Below are positions 53,319-64,000 of a stretch of DNA of 64,000 bases, piece after piece (the stretch's first letter is position 1; each line of letters opens with the position of its first letter). A program made the position numbers and the translations under genes. The DNA is from Chrysomallon squamiferum. Taxonomy: Eukaryota > Animalia > Mollusca. The stretch covers positions 25,854,001-25,918,000 of the forward strand of contig CM022679.1 in the NCBI GenBank assembly GCA_012295275.1, written 5' to 3'. The notes below the pieces were generated by a model. The model worked only from the letters and a program-made list of their open reading frames with translations. It was not told the origin of the DNA and did not search any database.

Positions 53319-55018
53319 CAAAACAGAAAAGGAAAAAAAAAAAGAAAAAAATGCTTAGAAATATCAAAAAAAGAGGTTTTATTATATATATATATATATA
53401 TTGATCATTATAATTTACATATATATATATTTTGGTGATTATAATTTACTTAATAAATGCTGACATGATTTTAACAGCACCCACATTATCATGATTTCAA
53501 AAAACTCTTTTTTTCCCTCAGAGTTGTGATATTAAAGTAAAACCGGGTTTTCTTTTTGATTTGACATTTTCATCTCATCTTTTTCTGTGTTGTCAAGTCA
53601 TCTTAGCTCTGTCTTTGTTATTTTCAAAAAGATGTTTATACCACACAACAACAGAGCGGTTGTAAACAATCAAGTTGAAAAAGAAAGGGAATATTACATA
53701 ATGCAGTTAAAAAGAAGAAAAAGAAAGAAAAAAACCAGAGAGAAAAAAGAGATTAAAAATGATTATAAGATTAAAGGTATCCTTTTTAAAAAAAATAAAA
53801 AATGTTTTACAAGATTGAACATGGTCAAAATACATTTTTTCATTCACCCACTTATTATGTAATTTGAAATTTAATTATCCCATTACAGTGTAACTTGGTG
53901 TTTTTCAATCCCTAGATAATAATAATAATAATAACAGGATTATATGAACTTACCTGATTTCATAATAATGCTTTTCTTGTATTTTTATTTATTTATTTAT
54001 TTATTTATTTATTTCTCTACATATATATAATACTTTAGAAATAAAAATTTTCATATATGGCCAAAATATTTTCAGATGTACTCATTCAGTGGAAACTGGA
54101 ATGAAGCATATTGCCACAGAGTTGTGAAGGTTTTGTAGAATTTACTATGGCATTAAACCATATATAGTTTTCACAGAATAATTACTGCATTATTTTTCTC
54201 TCTTGTCAGCAAGAGTTCTTTTAGATTAACTTACACATATACAAAAAAAAACATATATTTTGAGTCATGACCATTCAAGGTATTGGAAAATGACTGAATT
54301 GGGATATTGGCTGTAGGATTACTGTTTATAATATATATTTGAAAAAATGATTTAAGATGGAATAACTGACAGCAAAGGATCTTTCATGAATTCTTTCCAC
54401 AAGCAGGAAAAAAAACAAAAAAAAACATTTGCCTTGATAAATTGATAGACAGAAAAGTGCTGAAATGCGATGTTATCTCTAAATGAATGTTTATAATAAA
54501 TTGAAAAAAGTATTTGAGATGGACTGCTGACAGCAGAGATATCTTTTACACATACTTCACACAGACAGGGTAAAAAAAATAGATCATTGATGTCGATAAA
54601 CTAGGTAAACAGAAAAGTGGCTGAATCAGAATATTAGCTATATGATGATTGTTTATCATATATTGACAAATTCTGCAGATATAATACTGTCAAAAGACCG
54701 TGAAATATATTTATATATTTTTTATTATTATTTTTTTTATTCATTTTCTTTCCCTTATTAATCATATCCCAGACAAATTTTGATGGTATGTCTGAAATGA
54801 TCAACTTATTTTAATTTTTTTTGTCCATGTAGTTTATGAACTGAAATGTATTGACCAAGCAAAATAGCATCAAATTTGAAGCAGCAGTCTTTGGTTCAGT
54901 GATTTGAGCACTGACCTGAACTGGGATGGATTGAAGTGTTGTAATTTATATAATGTTTTGATATATTTCCATTACAACCAGTGCTCTATGCAAAGTTCTG
55001 ACATTTGTTATAATTTTC

Positions 55019-55071
<53 letters not shown>

Positions 55072-55494
55072 TGTATGTTTTATGTGTTTATTTATATGTC
55101 TATATAATGTATTTAATGTGTGTGTGTGTGTGTGTACAACCTAATACACTGAAAACTGATAAGATTAAGATTAACTTGTAACTAGATAGCAGCATTTTTG
55201 CTTTTTCATATTATCACTGAAACTATTCTGTTTATCTCTCTCATTCTGATAAACATTTTAAATAGTCCTGTCATTAAAATCCACCAGCTTGTGATAAAAC
55301 TAGTTTCCAATTTGCTCCTATTAAATCAAATAGAACTTTTATTTTTTTACAATTTCAGTACATGATTTGACATATAAAAAGTTTACTGTTAAAGGCCTGG
55401 AATTCTCTGATACACATTTTAAATTTGCTCTGTCATTGAAAACAAACATATACTATACAGGGTATAAGATTTACTTCAGTTTATTGAATATTTC

Positions 55495-56370
55495 TTTCTA
55501 TTTTTTCCACAAAATCATTACTGCAAGTGATTTCAACTCATTTAAAGTCTGCTGTTGAAGATGTGATATTTTTTATTATACTTTTTAAATTGCCCATCAT
55601 TCAAAACCAGCAGTATCCAAGATCTGATAAAACTAGGTTTAGATTTGCTGCTGTCACTCCAATATTACTTTTTTTTTTTCTTTTTTTTTTCACACTTCCA
55701 TTACAGTAATTTCAACAATCTAAATCTAATGACTAAAAGTTAGTTGTTAACAATAGAAGTCTTGGATTTTCTGTGAAACAGTTTTATTGTTCAGTCATTA
55801 AAAACCAATAGCATCTAAGTTCTAATAAAAGTAGATTTATTGGCTGCTATTTGCTAGATTTATTTTTCAAATATTATATATATATTTTTTTTTTATTACA
55901 ATGATTTCAACACATTAAATGATGTTTGTCAACTATCTTGGATTTTCTGTCACAACAGTTTTAAACTGCAAAGTCATTAAAAACCAACAGCATCTAAGTT
56001 CTAATAAAACTTGGTATATGTTTGTTCCTGTTTAGATCGTTCTTTTTTCACAATTTCATTACAGTGAAGTCAACGCACTGACAGTTTGTCATTAAACAAT
56101 TTTAAATTACCTAATCATTAAAACCAAGCAACTACTAACAAAACTAGGTTAGGATTTGCTGCAGTTTAATCAAACATTTCTTTTTTTCACAATTTCATTA
56201 CTGTGATTTCAACACACAAACAGTTTGCCATTAAACAGTTCTAAATTGCCCAGTCATTAAAACAGCAACTTGTAACAAAACCAATTTAGGATTTGCTGCA
56301 GTTTAATCAAACATTTCTTCTTTTTTTCCCCACAGTTTCATTACAGTGATTTCAACAGGTTAAACGCTTA
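55495..56370. repeat. Degenerate tandem repeat with ~120-190 bp units
   Basis: Recurrent cattacagtgatttcaac...cagtcattaaaa.c.a.cagca...aaaactagg.t.gatttgctgc blocks. Confidence 0.75.
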
Positions 56371-57622
56371 CTGTTAAAGGTCTGTGTTTTTATCTGTTAA
56401 ACAGTAAATCACCATTTCCAAACGTTCAGCAATGGATAGCTTTTAAGCAAAGGTAAATGTTTAAAGATCCCCCTGTCCTGTTATCAAATGGTCGGCTTCC
56501 ATATTGACTCGTGTGCTAAGTAGGTTTAATTGATTATTCTTGAGCTGACTGTTTGAGTAATGGTAGAAGATTTCATTGATTGATGTTCCACTGAATGTCT
56601 TACTGCTACATTATTCAGTATAAAACCAGGTGATATGTTACAGCTCTGGAGAAAGTGTGTACAATCTAATTACTGCATTGTTACAAGTCAGTGGGGAAAA
56701 CATGCTGTGAGCTAGGTTTTTTTATTATTATTATTACTTTTTTTTTACATGTAAATGTGCGTGTTTGAATTAATGCGTGAATGGGGAGAAATAAAAACCA
56801 TTTTATTGAGTTTTATTATTGTTATTAATTTTTATTTTTATTGTGATAAGTTACATAGGAAATTAAATTCTTTATGTCAGTATGTAAAACAATGGTTAGA
56901 TAAACTATAAAAAAAAAATAATAAACTAATTTTTTTAGCTGGTATGGCATAGCATAGCATAGCATAGCATAGTGTAGTTTAGTGTGTTCACAAATGGATA
57001 GGTGTATGCCTATCTAACCACACTTTAAGTATCAGCAGAGCATTTTACAGAACACTAAAGTTCAGCCCATCAAAAACAATTAAAATTTATTTTATGATAT
57101 TTATAATAAGCACAGAATATTCATTATTCTTTATATGTTTGGTATTTTTTTTTTTTTTATCTGTTATCAAGGTCTTGTTCATTTTGAGTCAGTAACGAGA
57201 AGTCATTTTGTATCAAACAAGCCTTGGTATTGCTACACTTAAAACCATATCGACCCAGCTTAATCTAATACATAAATGCCAACCATAGTCTGAATGTGAC
57301 CAGAAATCAGCTTTTTTTCACAAGACTGGTTTTTATTAGCTGAAAGCTAATCCAGTTATCAATGAAAAAAAAAAAGGCATCATGTGTAATTTCTATGTTG
57401 TGTTCATATATATATATATATATATATATATACTTGTTTCCAAGTAATTGCGACTAAGCTGTGGATTCCAAAATGATCACAAGTCTATATTTGTGTCACT
57501 GGGGTCATGTGACTGTGTACTGCCTGCCCTGACATAAAAACACCCACAGAACTACAGAGTTAACCAGTTACCTAATCTTTAGCCACAAGAACTCAAGAAT
57601 TCATTTGCATATTTTATAGGAA

Positions 57623-57845
57623 CTGGCTGTAGCTCAGTGTTAGTTCATTTGCTGAAGTGTCATTGCTTGCAAGATCAATACTCGTTGGGCTTTTTCTCAT
57701 TTCAGTCTGTGGAGATCATTACTGATATGTCAGAGGATGACATGGTATGTGCAGTCTTGTATACGAGAATGTACATGCAAAAGATTCTTTCCTGCTAATG
57801 AATTAATGAATAAATGTAACCCATGGAATGGTAACAGATATCTTC
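57623..57845 (+). mobile_element. Degenerate tRNA-derived SINE (Meta-domain-like); inverted relics at ~42550-42645, ~48715-48890 and ~54200-54570
   Basis: A-box-like gtagctcagtg head followed by tggtatgtgc..tc.tgt......atg..cat..aaaagat.c.tt.ctgctaat. Reverse-complement relics (cagcagtaaaagatcttttatatg) occur elsewhere. The family label is from recall. Confidence 0.5.
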
Positions 57846-59318
57846 TGTTAGACTTAATAATAATAAGAAGAAGAAGAAGAAGAAGTAATAACTTGTTTGG
57901 ATCATCATACAGAGCTATTAATAATAAACTGAACACACTGAGATATGTTACACTAGTGTATATTCATTCATTCATTCATTCATTCATTCATTCATTCATC
58001 CATCCATCCATCCATCCATCCATCCATCCATCCATCCATCCAAGATCCATCAATCATTTATTTAATGATTCATTTTAATTCCAATCACAACTAGTTCCAT
58101 TTCTTGCTAGAATAAATAAAATTAGACATTCTGTAGCATAAAACTGTTATCAGTTCTTAGTTAGCTGGTCGTAAAACTTGGATGACAACTCTTGATTTTT
58201 GCTATTTGTCTAATACTAACTCTCCTGAACCACTTGCCCAAAACAAAAATAAGGAAATTTTATTGATTTGGGAAGGTGATGGGATTACATTCTTTTTTGT
58301 TTCAACTGGCCTTTATAAAGGCGCCAACCAATTTAGTTGGCTTCCAGTAAACCAGAATTACTGGAAAACTGGTTAAAGAATGTATTAATTTACATCTGTT
58401 AAATGCAGTTTCTTTCTTCATGTTTTCATCATTTATTCTGTATTTTAAATATAATTTAGCCTTAGTCCAGAAAACCAGAAAATTCTGAAATTTGAATCAT
58501 CCCAGTCTCAGGCTTGCTGCATACATGGTCTAGCACCTGAACCTACAACACCTAAGAAAAATATTTTACCACCATACTGACCATATGATTATAATTTAAA
58601 TTTATTATATGAAATACTTCGTCACAGTCATCATTATTACACTGTTTCTTCAGGAACGTTTGTTATTTTTGTTTTATCAGCTTGTTGCATCAAACTGTAT
58701 TGACCTAGATTTACTTTCACATTACTCAGTGATAGTTTTACTCGAGAGTGAAGTCTGTATTGGCTGGAAGAAGAAAAAAAAATCAATCATCACAAAAACT
58801 CACCATCCTAGTTTTGGTCGTTATTAATTGTGTTCGTAAGTGTAATTGATCTGATGAGCTATTGTAATATCTAAACACTGATGTGATATGTCCATTAAGT
58901 TAATAGTTGAAGCTTGTACTTGGTATTTTTGACATCACTTACTTCCTTCTGTCTACAGTACACTTTACACATACAGAGAGAGTGTTTAATGTAGGTTCAC
59001 ATTTGTATACTGTTCATTACAGATGACTGATATATATATATATATATATATACTCATGCTTTTAACAATTATAAATAATTATGTATAAACAAAATACAGG
59101 ATATAGGATATTATGTACTTGTACTTTTTTTTTCCAGTGTAATAGAATAATATTTCTGAAAGCAAGTACTTTTCAAAATATCTTATATAAATGTTTCTTT
59201 TATTAGAAACAACCACTAAATTAAATATTTTTATTAGAATTACAGTCATCTTGGTAGTTTTCTTATTTTCCACTGTAATGAATTAATCAACTGCTATTCA
59301 AAAAAAATAATAATAATA

Positions 59319-59379
<61 letters not shown>

Positions 59380-59417
59380 TAAAATAAAATAAAATCAACA
59401 GACTTAAAATACACTAT

Positions 59418-59470
<53 letters not shown>

Positions 59471-60051
59471 AATAAAAATAAATAAATATATAAATAAATA
59501 ATAATGATAATGAGAAAACAAATAAATAAATACTACTACTACTACAACAACTAAATAAATAAATGAACTAGATACACAGTTTTATTTTTTCTTCTTCATC
59601 TTAATAGTTGTGTAACAATTAAGAGAGCAAAATGAACTGAAAACCCACAAGTTCCTGTCAGTAGGTCATCTTGATTGCTGAATTGATTTCTTATCATCAG
59701 TGAGAAAGAAGCAGTCTGCTGCTGTGTTGTGACAAAACATATTGGCACATTGCACTAATCAGTGAATTACATGAGGTAATCAAAGTAGTGTGTGCTGTCA
59801 TTACTGCGTGGTTATGACGCTGCTGTCCAGTTAAACGATTTTGATGATATGGCCGACAGCTACACCTTGATCAGCTAACATTGTGTCAAGTTTAAAAATG
59901 AGAAGCAATGGGAGGGAGGGGGAAAAAAAAGGATGTCTATAAAATTTTAATAAGGAACTAATTATGGTGTTGTAAAAATGGTGTTTTGGTTGAATTTGAT
60001 GGGGTTTTTTTTCTGTGAAATTTAAGCCTGACTTAATTAAATAAAAGTTTT

Positions 60052-60098
<47 letters not shown>

Positions 60099-60278
60099 AA
60101 AAATAGTGAATAAATAGTTGTGTGTGACACACATCCACCCCCCACACACACAGAATGTGTGTATTATTATGTGCTTGTACAGGCATTTCTTACTTAATTT
60201 GTGTTTTGGATGTACATTCAGATTAAAACAAAACATGTTAATTTCATTTTAATTTTTATTATTATTATTATTTTTATG

Positions 60279-60318
<40 letters not shown>

Positions 60319-60685
60319 ACAAAAATGTTCTTTATATTTTTTCTGTTTACCAAATATTACATGTTAATGAAAAAAAACCCCAAAAAAAACATTATAGTGA
60401 ATCTTTACTTTCAACAACATTACACATACATTAATTCCATTAAATTTAAAAATTAAGCAAATATAAATATAGTGTACCTACATTGCTAATTAAAATACAC
60501 TTCAAAATTTATATTACTACAATTATTTCAAAACATATTAACAATTTTCTTCATTTTCTGTTTTTTAAATTTCATAATATAGGTCTATTAAAATATATTC
60601 AAAAATTTATATTAGTTCAAATATTTCATATCATATTAACTATTTTCTTTTTTCTTTTTCTTTTTTCTTTTTTTTTAAATTTCAG

Positions 60686-60744
60686 ATTATAGGTCTTTTA
60701 AATGCATTTACTCCACAGAAATCATTAGAAGAATTTCAAGATGT
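60686..60744 (+). CDS. JNK: c-Jun N-terminal kinase, coding exon 3 (gene continues beyond the window)
   Basis: 59 nt; IIGLLNAFTPQKSLEEFQDV; tttcag acceptor and GTAAGT donor, after an ~13.9 kb intron. Confidence 0.95.
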
Positions 60745-62854
60745 GTAAGTATATATATATATATATATAAAAAACACTTAATTGAATCATTAATGTCCAT
60801 TTCCTTTTCTTTTCTTTTTTTACTTTTTTATTACTGTTTTTTTTATATAGTATTGATTTACTGTCTTACTGACAGCATTATATAGTTTGTGTAAAAACCC
60901 CTGTATTTCCAGACACATCAAGACATTGTACAGCATTACTACATAACTTTCAAGATGAAATCAGTATTATCAGTATAATTTCATTTATATGGCTTTAAAT
61001 GTAAAAAAAAAAAAAAAAGGAAAAATATTGATCACGAAATAAAGTTTGTTCAGTACATGATACCTGCATGTTCGCTAGATCTGTACATTAAAGGTTATAT
61101 TCCATTAATATTTAGCAAGTCCACTTGTTCAGAAATTTATCCATACATGTGTTATTTTTAACTTCTTACGGTTTTATCAAGAAATATATATCGTTCCTGC
61201 AGAAATAGTGAATAAGAAATGATTAGGAGATTGAGATCCACATTAGAGAATCCTGTTAAGTTTTGTACCATCCCTACAGTCTGCAGCTACTGTTTATTAT
61301 TGATTATTAAATGTAATAGTAACTGGCATTAAGCCCTTTAAATATCTTCTAATGATTCCTAAAGTTATGAAATATAAATGTAGATATAACCATATACATG
61401 AACAGACATGTTTTTGCACATGCACTGAAACACCTACACACTCGCCCACACCCAGACCGACACCCACACACTCACCCACACACTTGCCCACATAGACACA
61501 CAGACAAACTTACATATGGAGAAAGAATATAATGTCACAGATTTACATTTTAAAAGTAGAATTATTTGAATTGATTAGTTTCTGTTGAAACTGCTCCCCC
61601 AAGAAAAACAATGTTATGTGCATCAGTGGATTATATTTTAATTATTAATACATGTAGTCTGTCTACATAATGTCTCGTAGAAAAGGAAAACATCAGGTTG
61701 AGAATGTGTCAAAATTTTAGCTTAAAATGTGTGTATGAATGTGTATGCATGTGTTTGTATGTGTTTCTGTGAACGTGTGTGTATGTTTGTGTGTCTGTGT
61801 GTGTATTATTAACTACACTGTATAAGGACATATATAAGATGAATTTTCTGTAATATTATAATGATAGAATTCAAAAATATATTAATTAAATTACAGTTAC
61901 ATATTATACAGCACTGCATCCTAATCATAGAATAATGTCGATAATTTAATCTGTTTGAAAAATAATAATCAGTATATCACTGGGCTTTGTTTTATTACTA
62001 TCGTTTTTTTTTTTTTTATCTTTTTATTATTATTATTTTTTTAAATCTTTTATAAGTTTGTTATTTTTATGTTGGTTTGATGATATTTCTGACATATTAT
62101 TAAATTTACCACAAAACTGTGTGTGTAGATTATAAAAAGTTAATAGCTTGCTAACATGAAATGACTAAGTGAAACTGGCATCTGTTCTGTGTTGTTGTAT
62201 CACTACATCGCAGTTGTCCCCAGGGATATTAAAAACCACACGTACAAATTACAAAATATACATACTATTAAAAAAAAATGACAGGATAAGAATTTTCTGT
62301 GATCTGAGTAAAATAATATTAATAATGAAAAAAAAAAAAAGAGAGAGAGAAAGAGAGAGAAAAAAGAGAAAAAATATAATTACAAAACTGTAATAATAAC
62401 ACCTTGTAGATGTATGTAATTACTGAAGTGTTATTTATAAACATATTTAAAAAATGAATGTGTGTGTGTGTGTGTATATATATATTATAATCTACACTTT
62501 CTGTTAAAAGCTACCAGAATTTTATATGATGTAAAATGATATAATAAATAAGAAATTAAAATAATGAAATTTGTTTTTTAATTAAATCTTTTGCAGTTAC
62601 TCCAGGGATATTAAAAAAACATATGCCCCAAAACATGTAGAAATTACGAAATACACTTTCCATTAAAAAAATGACATGATAACAATTTTCTGTGATCTAT
62701 GTAAAATAATATTAATAAATATGAGTTTGTTGAATCTTCTCTCTAGTACATTTTTTGTAGTGATATTATTATTAATAACTACATACCCCAAAATTCCTGT
62801 AACATAATATCCCAGTAACTATCTATCAACATTTTTTTTTTTTTACAAAGTTCA

Positions 62855-62888
<34 letters not shown>

Positions 62889-64000
62889 AATTAAAAAAAA
62901 ATTATGATGCAAATTCTATGAATTATGTTAAATTAATCTTAACAGTAATAAACATATAGAATAAAAAAATAAAAATGATGATTAATAAGACATTTTCTGT
63001 GATCTATGTCATAATAATAAAGATAAACAAGAAGATAAAAAAGAATAAAATAATAATGATGAAAAAAAAAATGAAATTTGAAAAAAAGGCAAAATTATAT
63101 ATGGGTTAGCTCAGACAAGTATATCACAATTTGTCCAGTGATATTAAACAGCTACATACACAGAAATAAATATAATATAAGTTTTATAATATTTTAATAT
63201 TGGAGAAAATGTTGGCAGTGTTGTGGGTGGGTTAACCTTCTGTCAGCGCTTCACTGTCATTTCAGAAATATTAATAACTATGAATAACGAAAAACACAAA
63301 AACAACAAATTATACTGGTATATTAATCAAGAGATTATAAAACTGTTAATGACTTTTAAAAATAATATTGTAAGGATGTAAGGAAAAAGTAGAAGAAACG
63401 ATCACTGAATTTTTTTTGATATGCGATACAGTTAGCTTTCTAAATCATAATTACTCCAGGGAGATAAATACAAACATAAACATAAAACTGTGGATTACAA
63501 ATTATTTATTAAACAGTGACTGTGAGATTACTTAAAATATTAAACAAGTGTAAATAAGAAATAAGTAAAATAAATAAAATAAAATGAAATAAAATGAAAT
63601 AAATAAATACATTTAAAAAAAAGAAGAAATAAAGACCATAAAAAATAAATAAATTTAAAAATCAAATAAATGAAAAAGAGAGAAAAAGTTTAAAATAATA
63701 AAGAAAACATATTTTCACTTTAATTTCTTCCAGGTCAATAAAGTTATCTTAAGTGGTGATAAAAGCTATCAAAAAGATGGTTCTAAAGATAAACAAAAAC
63801 ATTTATAGAATGTGTGTGTGGGTTGAATAACAACAACCTTAAACTGTGTCAACACCACGGTTTTTAAGACAAAGCGAAAAAAGATCTGTGAAATCTAATA
63901 ACTCACTGTCAGAGTGTTACATAACTGCCATTCTAGATGTGTGGGTGGAAATCAGTATTTCTCTGCTAAGCAGAAAATACTAAACTCTTACCAGCCTCTG

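Noticed and set aside
57623-57700. tRNA gene
   Set aside because: Only an A-box-like head is present, with no cloverleaf; a decayed SINE explains it better.

Overview
AT-rich, microsatellite-dense eukaryotic (animal) genomic DNA with GT-AG introns. Degenerate SINEs suggest a mollusc/gastropod, but this is an inference. Most short ORFs in the supplied track are artefacts of simple repeats. Spliced genes reconstructed by hand: (1) a 7-exon minus-strand gene (10104->3565, about 900 aa) with a short amphipathic N-terminal peptide followed by six tandem domains resembling the aegerolysin/Cry34/actinoporin beta-sandwich superfamily, one domain per exon; (2) an isolated TRPM-channel N-terminal (SLOG/MHR) exon at 27272-27435; (3) a complete PH + RhoGAP + coiled-coil gene of the ARHGAP22/24/25 type (minus, 36145->33236, about 615 aa); (4) the 5' part of a JNK MAP kinase gene (plus; coding exons at 40.5, 46.7 and 60.7 kb), head-to-head with the RhoGAP gene around a CRE-containing promoter. 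Upstream of gene 1 is a roughly 12 kb array of about 3.7-4.1 kb tandem units. Each unit carries a copy of that gene's promoter-proximal module and a 95-nt exon-like cassette whose phase is compatible with the gene's exon 2. Tigger/pogo and hAT-like remnants, SINE fragments and several local tandem duplications are also present. Family assignments come from motif recognition only; no database search was run.
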